Part shown: positions 14,381 through 29,417 of the stretch, one piece after another
Layout of the letters: each line of letters opens with the position of its first letter
Numbering within the stretch: position 1 is the stretch's first letter
Source: Octopus sinensis
Lineage: Eukaryota
Direction: 5' to 3'
Length of the DNA: 64,000 nucleotides
Assembly (NCBI RefSeq): GCF_006345805.1
Contig: NC_043001.1
Span: forward strand, 96,720,001-96,784,000
Program-made: the position numbers and the translations under genes
Notes under the pieces: model-generated
What the model saw: only the letters and a program-made list of their open reading frames with translations
Database searches by the model: none
Told to the model about the DNA's origin: nothing

Positions 14381-15134
14381 TTTTACAGCATCACCTGACT
14401 TCTAGACATCATTAAGGTAATCCACTTTATTGCAGATATTCGGATTAAATCTCAAATTTGGGTCTAACACGATGTCATGATCCTCTGCTTCTGATCTATT
14501 CATATTGTTTTCTGTCCCTACTAGCTGTATCAGAAACCTTGCTAAGAGTTAGATCACCTGCTCCCATTAAATATCATAAGAGCTAAATGTCTCAAAATGA
14601 CTTTCACTTTCGCATGTTGTGTCAACTGAATCCACTTATGATATCCATGATAATATATATACATAACCTGTAAACCAGGAGACAGACACGACTGAAATAT
14701 ACTTGGAGTAGAGAGAGCATGTCACTGATGAGGTCACTAACTGCGACGAAACGGCCTCGGCAAACATATCTCTTAGACTGATTGACCGAACAGACAGTCG
14801 ATTAATTAGTTGATTAAATAGTTAGACAAATGTGTAATGAACAAATAAAAGAAGTGAAATAAAACCGGTGCGTGATTGTATTATTGTTATAGGACCCACC
14901 CAAGATAAAACAAAATCTCTTTCAGCATAAAAACCTATATCAAGAGTCTTGAAAGCCAAATACAAAAACGAGATGTTTTAAATATTTTCTTTAAATCTAT
15001 GATGCACCGTTTCTGATACAAATTCATATGAATTGCTTATGTTATTTATCAGTATTTGGTCTAGTATAGTCGGAAATGTAGGGATTTTCTTGACGAAACA
15101 GTTCTAATTCTGTGAAAAATACGTGATCTTTTCT

Positions 15135-15860
15135 ACTCTAGGCACAAGGCCTGAAATTTTTGGGAAGGGGTCCAGTCGATTAGATCGACCACAGTACGCA
15201 ACTGGTACTTAATTTATCGACCCCGAAGAGATGAAAGGTAAAGTCGACCTCGGCGGAATTTGAACAGACGAAATACATATTTCTTTACTACTTAGAAGGG
15301 GCTAAACATAGAGAGGACAAACAAGGACAAACGGATTAAGTCGATTATATCAACCCCAGTGCGTAACTGGTACTTATTTAATCGACCCCGAAAGGATGAA
15401 AGGCAAAGTCGACTTCGGCGGAATTTGAACTCAGAACGTAGCGGCAGACGAAATATAGCTAAGCATTTCGCCCGGCGTTCTAACGTTTCTTATTTATTTA
15501 TCGCCCACAAGGGGCTAAACACAGAGGGCAGACAAAAGAATTAAGTCGATTACATCGAAACCAGTGCGTAACTGGTACTTAAGTTATCGACCTCGTAAGG
15601 ATGAATGGCACAGTCGACCTCTGCGGAATTTGAACTTAGAACGTAAAGGTAGATGAAATACCTATTTCTTTACTACCTACAAGGGGCTAAACACAGAGGA
15701 CAAACAAGAACAGACAAACAGATTAAGTCGATTATATCGATCCCAGTGCGTAACTGGTACTTATCTAATCGATCCCGAAAGGATGAAAGACAACGGTAGA
15801 CGAAATACGGCTACGCATTTCGCCCGTCCTGCTAACGTTTCTGTCAGCTCGCCGCCTTTG
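15135..15860 (-). mobile_element. Concatemer of four partial units of a tRNA-derived SINE
   Basis: Four repeats of GTTCAAATTCCGCCGAGGTCGAC...AGTACCAGTTACGCACTGGGGTCGAT (the first partly deleted); one full head AGGCGGCGAGCTG at about 15860. Confidence 0.9.
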
Positions 15861-16261
15861 TGAAAAAAACGCAATGCCACAAAAAAGACATTCAATATCT
15901 CGTCCTGTTAATAATGCATGACAACAAATACGTATATTTCAGAAAATAAGAAGAAAGAATTGAAGGGATAGAGAAATAATATAGTTCTTGAGAAAACAAT
16001 TAAAACCGATGATCAATTAATTCGTTTAGAACATCGTGCATAACTTAATGAAATTAAGGAACTGATGACTAAATCGTCAAAAATATAGCAGTATATGAAA
16101 AGCAACCATCATAAACATTCTAACAGATATATTGTTCATTTTGCGGTTTTAATCACAACTACACACATGCGCGCGCGCGGACAAACACACACATACGTAG
16201 GCATACAAAGACGTGCTCATACATCTAAGCTTATTCTTCTATGTACACACAAATACACAAC

Positions 16262-16640
16262 ACACATTGAATTCGAGTGTTGCTGTTTGTTTGTTGAGCG
16301 AAGCGGTCTTCGTCCCAGTAGTGGGTGAGGTCTGAAACGTGGTCCTTTGCTATTCGTAAGACCCGTCAACCCCCGACACCGAGAGCATCGACGGATGGAT
16401 GAATGCGCATCCAGGCTCAGCGATTTCGTGGGAAGTCGGGGACAAGAAGTAGGAAGAAAGAGTGAGAAAAAGTTGAAGTGAAAGAGTACAACAGGGGTCG
16501 CGACCACCCCTTGCCGGAGCTTTGTAGAGCTTAGGTGTTTTCGCTCAATAAACACACACAACGCCCGGCCTGGGAATCGAAACTGCGATCTTCCGACCGC
16601 GAGTCCGCTGCCCTAACCACTGGGCAATTGCGCCTCCACT
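16262..16640 (-). mobile_element. tRNA-Arg-like SINE (OR-type), tail variant 1
   Basis: Head GGAGGCGCAATTGCCCAGTGGTTAGGGCAGCGGACTCGCGGTC...GTTTCGATTCCCAG (A/B boxes, TCG anticodon-like loop) followed by a non-tRNA body. Confidence 0.85.
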
Positions 16641-17042
16641 AGTGTTGCTGTAGGTATGATAGTGACGTGTGATTTTATGATACCTTTTGATTTAGAAACA
16701 TTGAAAGAACTGAGGCCGACAACAAGGCGAAGTCGAATTCAGCAGGATAAAAATCATATGATGCTAAGAGTCTGAAAATTTCGCTTATGGATTATTTGGG
16801 GTGGGGCAAGAATAGCATTGTTAAACTCTTTCCAGCGTTTGTGAGATTGACAGAAGAAAAGAAGAATTCTAACTTCATAGATGAACCCGGTAAAGCCACT
16901 CTGGGGCCAGTTTTTGTTGAATATCATGAGTTGGTATTAAAACCTGCTAAGAGAATGAGTATGCCACCTCAGAACACAAAATGCTCCTCTCACTAGTTTC
17001 CATATCTTCTCTTTACAAAGTTCTATTCACAAGACTTTCATA

Positions 17043-17275
17043 TTTCTTTATTGCCCACAAGCGGCTAAACATAGACGGGACAAACAAGGAAAGACAAACG
17101 GATTAAGTCGATTATATCGACCCCAGTGTGTAACTGGTACTTATTTAATTGACCCCGAAAGGATGAAGCGTAAAGTCGACACCGGCGGAATTTGAACTCA
17201 GAAAGTAGCGGCAGACGAAGTACCGTTAAGTATTTCGTCCGGCGTGCTAACGTTTCTGCCAGCTCGCCGCCTTCA
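17043..17275 (-). mobile_element. tRNA-derived SINE monomer with Tx1-like tail
   Basis: Same family as 15135-15860; ends in GTTTAGCCGCTTGTGGGCAATAAAGAAA. Confidence 0.9.
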
Positions 17276-17329
17276 TAAGACTCTCACAAGAGTTTCAGCC
17301 AACTCTATATATTATTCTTTTGTCTTTCT

Positions 17330-17598
17330 TTAATTTTTGTACTTGTATGAGTCATTTGACTGCAACCATGCTAGGGCACTACGTTGAAGGCTTGTAGTCG
17401 AATAAAATGACCCCAGCACTCATTTCTGAAACTTAGTACTTATTCTATCGGTCTACCGGCCTCTTTTGCCGTACCACTATATTACGGGATGTAAACACAC
17501 CGACACTGAATGTCGAGCGATGGTGGCGATGAGGGTCGCCGAACACAGACACAAAGACACAAACACATATACCCCTTCACACACACACAAACAGACAG

Positions 17599-17680
<82 letters not shown>

Positions 17681-17838
17681 CATGCGATGGGCTTTCCACA
17701 GTTTCCGTCTACTAAATCCGCCGACAAGGCTTTAGTCATCCCAAGGCTACAGTAGTAGATACTTGCCCAAGGTGCCTCACAGTGAGACAACCTGGAACCA
17801 TGTGGTTACGAAGCAAGCTTCTTACCACACAGCCATGC
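17330..17838 (-). mobile_element. tRNA-derived SINE with internal (CA)n
   Basis: Homologous to 49814-50252. Confidence 0.85.
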
Positions 17839-18379
17839 TGATATTTACGCATCATATTGCAGTAGGATTGAAATCCAGACCACATACCGTGAAGGAAATT
17901 TCTTAAACACACATCTACGACTACAGACGTCGTTGTAACATTTTAAATACATTGTAACTCTTTCAACTCAGGTCAGAAGAAATGATGAATCAGAGAAAAT
18001 ATCATTAATACAAACAGTTTACATTTCCAATGAAGCTACCAAATAATCACAAGGGTTTACTGTTCAAATGGAAGCAATCATCAAGTTTGACATGAAAATC
18101 TAAGTTAGAATTATTATGATTTTGTGTCCCGACACACACACAGATAAACATATAGACACACACGCCCACATGCCCTCATGCGCATACACTTATTCGTATG
18201 TGCACATACAATGCCAAACAAATATATGTACAGAATGGCAATTACACAGGAAGACCCACGCATACATAGCCGAAATAAGTTACTTTGGCATGTATATGTG
18301 TTGAAGTACACAGCCACACACAAGCACACACAGAAATACACACTCGCATGTATGTATATTCTATATTCAGACTCATTAT

Positions 18380-19575
18380 ATTTTATATTCTGACTCATTG
18401 TATCTTGAATTTCACGCTTGTGTATTGTTTATTCTTGATTTCGTCGACTACCCCATATAGTAGGGTCAGTTGGGTACCGCCTGTGAGAAAACAGCACCTA
18501 GACGCAATTCACTCTGCCAGGAATTTGGAAATGACATGCTTTACATTTCAGAGTGTTTGGGTTTCAATCTGAGGACAGTGCAGAGGATTCGGAAAGAGCT
18601 GGATGAGTCTAATATGGATTACAAAGTTAAGGCAGCTAGGAAAACTCACTGTGATCGTTCTGATAAGAAACGAAGTCCTGAATTTGTTGGTGATATCCAG
18701 GCCATGATTGACAAAGATCCTTCCAAGTCAATCAGGTCCTTCGCCTGAAAACATTCAATATTTTTCATACAAGATGAGATAGCGCCAATTTTATCCCAGG
18801 CCATCAAGGACAAGGGGAAAGTCTACGCTACGAAGCTTTTGAACAAACTTACGATATTCTCTCCAACAGAATATACTTTGGTTTCTCACAAACGAGAAGA
18901 ATTCCTGCCGGGATCAGATGGTGAATACAAAGACCAACCTATGACTTGCCGTGTTTCCAAAACTTGTACTGAGAGTGATAAAAGTCAAACATTCAGCCAT
19001 GGTGTTTAAAGTGATCACTAGTGATGGTGACGTCATGTCTCCATTCACATTCCCTCAGACTCAACACGGAGGCCTACATCAAGTGCCTGGAGGAGGTAGC
19101 GCTGCTCTGGGTTAAGATGGTGGCTGCAGGATGACCCTATGTTTAGCAACAAGATTCCGCACCATGCCATACAAGGAGGAGAACCGAGTCATGGCTGTTA
19201 GACAATTTCTGCGACCGCATCACCCCCAACATCTGGCCACCAACCTCCCCAGACTGCAACCCCTTGACTATTATCTGTGAGACGCTGTTGAAGGAGAGAG
19301 ACCAACAGAACTTCTTGTAATACCAAAAATGAACAAATGGCACAGATTATGGAAGCATTCTCCAAATTAAAGAAGACCGTCAAGAAGAGTTACAGGAGAT
19401 TCTGAAGTATGAAGGTCGTGGTTGAAGGCAATGGTGATTTTATTAAATAAATTTACTCTTTAGTATTTCAAGATACGTTAATGTAATTTGGGTAAATATA
19501 TCTGTTGAAATGAGATGTCAGCTTTATTTTCACTTTTGCGTATTTTAGACGACAATTTATTCACCGCACCCTGTA
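18380..19575 (+). mobile_element. DD37D (maT) transposon relic
   Basis: CLGFNLRTVQRIRKEL (HTH), QQDSAPCH...WPPTSPDCNPL(D) with 37 residues between the aspartates after a 1-nt frameshift correction. Right TIR ...CACCGCACCCTG plus TA at 19562-19575; left TIR not found. Confidence 0.88.
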
Positions 19576-19648
<73 letters not shown>

Positions 19649-19679
19649 TACATACATACATACATACATACATCCATAC

Positions 19680-19710
<31 letters not shown>

Positions 19711-19723
19711 TGTATATATTATA

Positions 19724-19792
<69 letters not shown>

Positions 19793-20356
19793 GGGTGTGT
19801 ATGTATGTTTGTATGTATATATACACACGTATCATATACAAATAAACTAACACAACATACGTATATGTGTGTGTTGTGTTTGTGTGTGTGTGGTTGTGTG
19901 TGTGTGTGTGTGAGAGATTGTGCGTGTGTACACATGGAGGCGCATGTGCATCTCACATACATTTTTTTTCTCTGCTATCGAGCAGAGTTCAATTTAATCT
20001 AGGTGAAATATTTTCAAGGAAATGAAAATTACGTTGCGTAAACAGAAAGTAGATTTTTTTGTTGTTTTGGAAATATTAATCCATTATCATAACAATTTAC
20101 CGAATATAATAGCGATGATTGATAATAATAACAATAATGATTATTCAAGAAAGAAAACAGAAACAAGACATACTACAACATCAACAAAAGCCACAGTAAG
20201 TCTTGATTGTTTGTAAAGTAGATATAACATTTTAAAATAAAAAACCATGTAAGGAATCTCAGTGAAGTTTATAGCTTTATACAACTAATGTTTTCATTTG
20301 GGAATATACATACGTGTGTGTGTGTGTGTGTTCATATGTATATATGCATATATACG

Positions 20357-20403
<47 letters not shown>

Positions 20404-20570
20404 TATATACATGTATGTATATATATATGTATATAATATGTATACATATATATATATACATGTTCATATATATGCATATAATATACATATATATACATGT
20501 GCATATGCATATATATATGTGTGTGTGTGGTCGTATACATGTGCCTGGGGATATATATATATATATATAT

Positions 20571-20633
<63 letters not shown>

Positions 20634-21649
20634 TATTATATCTATCTTTATTTATGTGTATATATATATTTATATACATACATATGTATGTGTATGCGCG
20701 TGTCTTTGTGTGTACGTCTGTGTGTGTACGTATATAAATATATATATCATACAAAAACAATATTTGCTGAGTTAAAATATATTTTATCAAAATACGGGGA
20801 ATCAACATTTTATGAAAAAGAAAGATATTGAAAACGATGGTTATCTGACCATAAGTAGGTTATAAGTTTCACAGTTTTTTTGTTTCGACACTACGTCCAT
20901 TTTTCATATTCTCTTTTGTCCTTTAACCCTTAAAAGTCACTGTGAATATAATATCGACAATATCTACTTCCCACGTTACAAAGCAAATATGACCTTTTTC
21001 TCTTGTCAAAATAAATCTATATTATTTAATATAAGGCGTTGAAATCTATAGAGTGAAACTTAAAATGAGTGAAAAACGAAAGAATAGATTAAAAAATAAA
21101 GAAAAAGAAAATCTTCAAGAGTAGAACAGTTTCAGTTCTCAGTTGCAATTAGAATTTGTTTTTATATCTACCCCTAATGTCGGAATCGAAGAAGGAGCCT
21201 ATAAACGCTCGCCTGATTCGCACGGAAAAGGAGCGACCCTAACTGAAAATTACTGCGTGATATTTTTATGTTAAATAGATAATATGCGTGGGTATGCCAA
21301 ATTAATTCGATAATATGTAATGTAAGCAGATACTCAAATATCCATAAAGCAAGAAATAAGAACGCGTTAAGATGTCTGCACGCCTACGTTGCGATTTGCG
21401 CTGTTCCGACAACAGAATATAGTTCGGGGATGGCCTTGTGGCCTGCAGGGATAATCAAGACCTCTGTGAACATAAACGCCCGAGTCAATTACGCATTGTT
21501 GTGTGTTAGCTCTTTGCAAACGACCTTCTTGTATTCTTCCTCAGAGCAAAAAACGAAACGAAACCTAACACCTACGTTAATATCTTCGCGTCAGTTGTGA
21601 CCCATAGTGTTGTTTACAGTAACATTAATGCTACAATATTCATTACCTT

Positions 21650-22030
21650 TCAAGACAGCGAGCTGTCAGAAACGTTAGCACATTGGACGAAATGCTTAAC
21701 GGTATTTCGTCTGCCACTACGTTGTGAGTTCAAATTCCGCCGAGGTTGACTTTGCCTTTCATCCTTTCGGGGTCGATAAATTAAGGACCAGTTACGCACT
21801 GGGGTCGATGTAATCGACTTCATACCTATGCCTGTCCTTGTTTGTCCCTTCTGTGTTTAACCCCTTCTGAGTAGTAAAGAAATAGGTATTTCATCTGTCT
21901 TTACTTTCTGAGTTCAAATTCCGCTGAGATCGACTTTGCCTTTCATCGTTTCGGGGTCTATAAATTAAGTACCAATTACGTATTGCGGTCGATCTAATCG
22001 ACTGCCCCCTTCCGCAAATTTCGGGCCTTG
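21650..22030 (+). mobile_element. tRNA-derived SINE dimer
   Basis: Head, unit with tail GTAGTAAAGAAATAGGTATTTC, then a second unit ending GGCCTTGTGCCTAGAGTAGAAAAGA. Confidence 0.88.
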
Positions 22031-23579
22031 TGCCTAGAGTAGAAAAGAATATTTATTACATTCCATCTAGTGAATCTGTGAGCGTGTGCGTGGTAAACAG
22101 GGACCTGTATTGTCTAGTTCTACGTTAGAAACCACTACTATTAAACAAAGAATTCACGGAACACTACGTTTATTTTTTTCCCCACATACTGATAAAATTA
22201 TGTTTTACAAAAGTTAAAACACTTGAATTTATTGAAATTTGATATTCAAAACGGCGAAAAATAAAAATCTACATTTCAGTGTTTGAATAGGGAGTGTTAA
22301 CATAAAATCTATGTAATCTAATAGTAAATCTAATAGATGAGATCGATAAATATCAAATGGTAACCGAAATCAATAAATAACAAACCAGTCTCGTATCAAG
22401 GGTAATTCTTCTCATGGCCTCCCTGACTTTCTGAATAAAATCAGCTATGGTATATATGGAAAGGCTGCCCTACGATTTTATCAGGAGTTGATGATCTCAT
22501 GTATAACAATGAATAAAAAATGAAACCCAGCATATTACTGCGCCTTAGGCTCTTACCCAGAAGAGTATGTAGGGAATCACATATCTAACATATTTCATTC
22601 AAATTATGCTTTGCCTTTCAAGGCACTTCGCATAGAAAACAACATGGAGTTTTCAAGACTCTACTGAATGACTAATCAAATTATCTCCCCTCTTTGATCT
22701 CAAATTATGGCGCGAAGGCAGCCTGTTCTTGTATTTGCCTGAAACTACGAAATGTTGAATAATAGTAATAATAATATGAGCAATAATTTTAGGGTGTTTT
22801 AGGGTGTTTTAGGGGGACAGTGTTAATTGATTATTTATAGATTACATGGTCCCCAGTACTGGTAGATCCTGAAAAAAAATAGATCCAAATAGATCCTGAA
22901 AAAAAACCCAAACAAATTGACACTAAAAAAAATTAAAAAATGTCCTTGCCAGGATTTGAACTCAGTACGTGAAGACTCAGAAGAAATGCTGCTTAGCATT
23001 TTGTCCGATGCGCTATTGATTCTACTAGCCCTAATTCGGAGGAAGCACAATTTTCAGAAAATGTTATTGTTTATTTTATGGAATTTAATACATGCAAGGT
23101 AGTATATTTCCTTTATTCCGGAAGAATAAATGACATATCTGGTTTTGGCGTGATTTGAAATCACGACGTAAGGAACAACAAACGGAATAGCGAGACTCCT
23201 TTTTGTCTGTCGTTCTCACGTTTCTGCCCGTCTAACTACAACACCAGGACGACAACGACTCTATCAGCATTGAAACTAATAGCAGCTAACGTTGATGATG
23301 ATATCAATAATGATGATGATGATGATGATGATGATGATACTAGGTATAAGAACTATCTGTAAAGGAATCATCGGGATATAAAATATCTTTCTGTCTCTTT
23401 CATTTATCCTTTTTCTTTGTACTTCATTCACTTCTTGTTCCGTTCTCGTCTTTTTATTGCTATTCATGTTGTTTCACATTACTTATTCTTTATGTCTTTG
23501 TTTCATTCATTATTATGAGTTTCTTTCTTTTGATTGTATTTGTAATCTATTGATACCCCTCTCTCTATCTCACTTTCCA

Positions 23580-23622
<43 letters not shown>

Positions 23623-23661
23623 TTATACACATATAAAGATACACACACAGACACACACACA

Positions 23662-23730
<69 letters not shown>

Positions 23731-23731
23731 G

Positions 23732-23764
<33 letters not shown>

Positions 23765-23784
23765 ATATATATATATATATATAC

Positions 23785-24178
23785 ACTACCCACAAGGGGC
23801 TAAACACAGACAGGCAAACGGATTAAGTCGATTATATCGACCCCAGTGCGTAACTGGTACTTATTTAATCGAACCCGAAAGGATGAAAGGCAAAGTCGAC
23901 CTCGGCGGAATTTGAACTCAGAACGTAGCGGCAGACGAAATACCTATTTCTTTACTACCCACAAGGGGCTAAACACAGAGGGGACAAACAAGAACAGACA
24001 AACGGATTAAGTCGATTATATCGGCTCTAGTGCGTAACTGGTACTTATTTAATCGACCCCGAGGGGATGAAAGGCAAAGTCGACCTCGGCGGAATTTGAA
24101 CTCAAAGCGTAGCGGCAGACGAACTATCGCTAAGCATTTCCCCCCCGGTGTGCTAACGATTCTTCCAGTTTGCCAACC
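23785..24178 (-). mobile_element. tRNA-derived SINE dimer
   Basis: Two near-identical units of the 15135/21650 family. Confidence 0.9.
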
Positions 24179-25324
24179 TCGAGTGTTTAGAAATATTTAC
24201 AACTTAAAAAGTCATGGCTGTGCAGTTGAGTCCCTACCTCTTCTGACATTAAACTACAAGAAAGTAATAGTCCAGGTTCTCTTTTGACATAGGATTATCA
24301 ATTCATACATATTGATTTCAAATTCATTTCAAGCCTCTCATTGTTTAATTGTTTACTTGGCAACATATATATTTAACATGTCTCAGTCTGTATAGGTACT
24401 TGGAATAAAATTCATTCTGTACAGGATTATTAGCTTAGATAGCGTGGCCTCGTTGATATTGTTTACAGTGAAGCAATCCTAATAAATCCCGATCCATGAT
24501 AGATATCTTTCTGTCCAGAACCGTTTCCTCTTTTCGCACGTAAGTTGTCTCAGAATAAATTATTTCAGAATATACTACTTCATAAGCCCTTATCCCCCAT
24601 CCCTGCCAGAAGAATCGAAAACAGCAATGTTATAATAAAACTCATCTTTATTCAGATATAGTCTTAGGATACATTATTCAGAATGATCGCCATCTTAATG
24701 TCATTGGTATTGGATTTGAGTGTAGTTCACACGTTCACTTACAGCACATATTACTAAAGAGGCAATTCTTGAAAGGAAGGGAAACAAGGAACGCAGCCAA
24801 GCCTGGAGGCCCAATAATTATAGAGCTAATCAATCTGAGCTGATCTGGAGCTAAGCAATACTACACCCAACAATTACAACAGTACATTATACAACAGTAC
24901 TCTGTTAAACCATACCACGGCCCACTACCCTACAAAAATCCGCAACTCCACACTACATCGTACACCTTTATGCTATGCTTCAGTCGTCTTCAATTCAATA
25001 AAGCTAGCTACACTGTATTCATTTATGTTATGTTAGACTGCACTCCATTACATAATATTAAATCGTACTGCACTTCGTAGCATTACACTCCACTCCACTA
25101 CACATCGCCACACTCCAGTACGTTACATCACGTAATATCACACTACACTGCGTTGCTGTAAAGAAAGATGTAATATCTTAAAGCTGTCACAACGTATTAT
25201 TCTATACATATATATTTTCCCAATACAAGTAGAAATGTTTACAAGATTACAACGATAGCAGCAACAGCAGCAGCGGCAGTAGTTCTTGCGGTTGTAGTAT
25301 TAGCGTTTGTTGTACTATTACTAT

Positions 25325-25361
<37 letters not shown>

Positions 25362-26034
25362 ATAAAGAGAAGAAAACGGAGAAGAAAGGAGAATAAGGAT
25401 AAGAATATTAAGATTAATGAGAAAAGTAAAAAGGGGAAAAAGACACCACGAGAACGACAGGAATAATAACAACAATCTTAATATCCACAACTAAAAATGC
25501 AAGGAAAAGAAAAACTAAATACCAAAAGAAAACCAGATGAATATAAGAAAAGAAAAAAACAAAAAAAAACGAGAAAGAAATGGTAATAAAACCCAACGTC
25601 TTTAACTCTATCCTCTATAAAACACAAAAACAAAAATATATATCTAATAATAAAAATGCAAAACACAAATGAAAACGGAAGCGACATTGAACAAACTCAA
25701 TAACGCCTATAGTTCAAAACAATATTATACACAAGTCGCCATCATAAGAATTTAGTTGAGAGCAAGCAGCAGCTGGCCTTTCTGGGTTATGGCCCCTGAT
25801 CTGCCACTATGTCTGTCACATTGCACTTCTTTCGCATCGCTTCATTATTTCAACAGAATTATCTTGCAGCACATCACCAATGATGTTTTTCCCTCTCGTA
25901 TTCATCTTGTTTTAGTTTTCTGTTTTCTGCCATTTTTTCTCTTTTTTTTTTGCGTTTATTCTACGTTCCTTCAACTCTCACTCATTTCTTCTGTGACTTC
26001 CACTTTTTTTCTCTTTACCGATCTTTCTGTAGTA

Positions 26035-26126
<92 letters not shown>

Positions 26127-26280
26127 CTACCTATCTATCTATCTATTTCCCTGTCAGTCTATATATTAGCAATTATTTTCTCACCTATTTTCCTATTTCA
26201 TCATTTCGCCATTTACCCCTCCGCCTTCTCTCTCTCCTGCTTTCACAATTTATCACGCTTGCTAATTCATACAACATAGG

Positions 26281-26342
26281 CCAACACATACGCCAACACA
26301 TACGCCAACACGTACGCCAACACATACGCCAACACATACGCC
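26281..26342. repeat. 12-bp tandem repeat CCAACACATACG x5
   Basis: Direct reading; one substitution in copy 3. Confidence 0.95.
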
Positions 26343-26518
26343 ACAATAAGTGTCTTTCACCCAACGGCGTACAATTCACTGGCCACAAATTTTTCTTACT
26401 AATTTTGTTTCGTATTTACTTATTTCCCAGTACCTTTCCGAATATTTGTCTACCTCTTCTAAAATCTCGCGTTGTTCAACTATCCGTCTCTAACTCCTCT
26501 CGTTCCATTTGGGCTACG

Positions 26519-26609
<91 letters not shown>

Positions 26610-26727
26610 ACTATCGATCTATTCGTCTATCTATCTATTGATCGATCGACCGATCTATCTGTCTGTCAGACTGTCTGTTTCTCTGTCCTCACGTCTGTCT
26701 GATTGATAGATAGATACATAAATAGAA

Positions 26728-26758
<31 letters not shown>

Positions 26759-26918
26759 GGGAGACAGACAGACAAACAGATAGACAGACATATATATGTA
26801 TACATACACACACACATATATATATACACACGCATACACATACACGTGCACATGCACACGCACATACATATATACATACACACGCAAACACATATATTCA
26901 TATACATATATATCTATA

Positions 26919-26976
<58 letters not shown>

Positions 26977-27586
26977 TATATATATATACATATGTATATA
27001 TATGTATATGTATGTATATATGTATATATATATATATGTATATATATATATTATATATATATATATATATATATGACATATATATATATGTGTGTGTATG
27101 TGTGTGTCCACACATGAAAGAACATTGACTACAAAGGACAAAGGTGTATACATATGCATTTGGAAATATATGTATTTGTATTCTTTCTTGAAGTGTCCTT
27201 CCTGCTTATGGAAGTATACTCAACTTCGTACTACACACACGCACACACATGCACATACACACGCGCACACACAAAAATATGTAAACATGTTTCTACTTGC
27301 CTAAGTATGAATGTAATATGTTTGTGTCATGGTTGTGTTTTTTGAGCAAACGATGTACGTAACAGTATACGTGTGTGTGTGTTTGTATGTGTGTGTGTGT
27401 GTGTGTGTGTTTGTAGGTCTATGTGAGTATGTGAGTGAATGCTGTTATGTTCTATTTAAAACTGAGTTTCCCACGAAGTCAAATTACCAATAAAGTCTGT
27501 ATAGGTCTATGTACACATGTACGTACTGAAATGGGGAACAATATTGCATACAAACATACAATTTTATCTATTTATCTATCTACCAT

Positions 27587-27671
<85 letters not shown>

Positions 27672-27762
27672 GTATCTGTCTGTCTGTCTGTCTATGTATC
27701 TGTCTGTCTGTCTGTCTATCTATCTATGTATCTATATATCTATCTATCTATCTATCCATCTT

Positions 27763-27810
<48 letters not shown>

Positions 27811-27819
27811 AATCAATCA

Positions 27820-27875
<56 letters not shown>

Positions 27876-27967
27876 GTCTTTCTTGCTTTCTTTCTTTCTC
27901 TCTTCTATTTTGCATTCATATGCTGACTTCTGTCAGCATATAAATGCAATACATACATACATATAGG

Positions 27968-28008
<41 letters not shown>

Positions 28009-28632
28009 AAATGTATATATATGTATGTGTGTGTCTGTGTGTCATTGTATGTATGTAAGCGTCTACTTGCGCCTGCATCCCATGCGTATATCTAGGCCTT
28101 TATTTCTCTGTCCTTTTATCTACGCATGCTCGCATGCATATATGCATGTATATGTATAGAATACTACTTCCATAACTACATATACATGGATACAAATATA
28201 ATCGCATACATCCAAGAATATACGCACGAAGTCTATATCTATACATGTATGTATGTATGTATGTATGTATGTATGTATGTATGTATGTATGTATGTATGC
28301 ATGTATGTATAACGGTGTAATATAATCTTGAATGCCAGCATAAGGGAGAACATGTATTTTACTCCGAGCTCTTTTGTACATAGTATTCTTTCTGTCTAAC
28401 TTGGAATTTCTTCACATTTGACCCGTGGTACCAAAGGACTGTAGATTAAATCTGCCGTAACGCAAAAGAAAATCATGTTTTCTTGTCTTTCGTAGTTGCT
28501 ATTCATGTTGTTGTGCTTGTCATAGGTTTTTCTTTAATTTTCTGCTTACCAATTCATTTGCTGGTAAGCCCTTGGCAATAGATTAACGGCTTTTGCAAAC
28601 ATTTTCTTTATCTCATCTACCTACCTACCTAC

Positions 28633-28728
<96 letters not shown>

Positions 28729-28751
28729 ATGTATGTATGTATGTATGTATG

Positions 28752-28782
<31 letters not shown>

Positions 28783-29381
28783 ATATCTAACTATTTTTTA
28801 TACATATCGTTATTGCTTTTTCTGTACGCACACGCCGACAAACGCATTCATACTGCACACACAGAGACACGGACACATACACACACTCACACACACATTA
28901 CTCTATATTATTTATGTAGTTCTTACATTTGTTGCTTTTAAATTAATTCTAGTTCTATACTTACACACAGACACATGCATACAAGAATAAACGCACATTC
29001 ACATACATACATATATACATACACACATACAAACATAGAAACACACATAAGCATATATGTTCGTACACACACATTCACACACATATATATACCCGTACAT
29101 CACATATTCACGCATACACAAATATATTTCTTACGCTCTTATTGTATTGAAGGCCTCTGACTCCTTTTCTTTGCTTCATCGAATATTTAGTTTACAGTTG
29201 AACTAAGCTAATAATTCAATAAGAGGAACAGAAAATGCAATGAAGCTAAGGCATAAATCCCACAGAAAATATTACAGCTACACAAAAGCACCGCAAACAT
29301 ACAAACAGGTAGGTATATAATCAAAGCACAATACAACATATATAAGCATCCATCCATCCATCAATCCATCCATCCATCCAT

Positions 29382-29417
<36 letters not shown>

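Noticed and set aside
20865-20915. Minus-strand ATGAAAA..GAC/GTC..GAAAC
   Set aside because: No helix III or UH site, and no helix I.
21180-21600. CpG-enriched unique patch as a promoter
   Set aside because: No adjacent exon or other support; cannot be called from sequence alone.
22787-22815. TTAGGG-containing repeat
   Set aside because: The period is 10 bp (TTTTAGGGTG) with only about 3 copies; not an interstitial telomere array.
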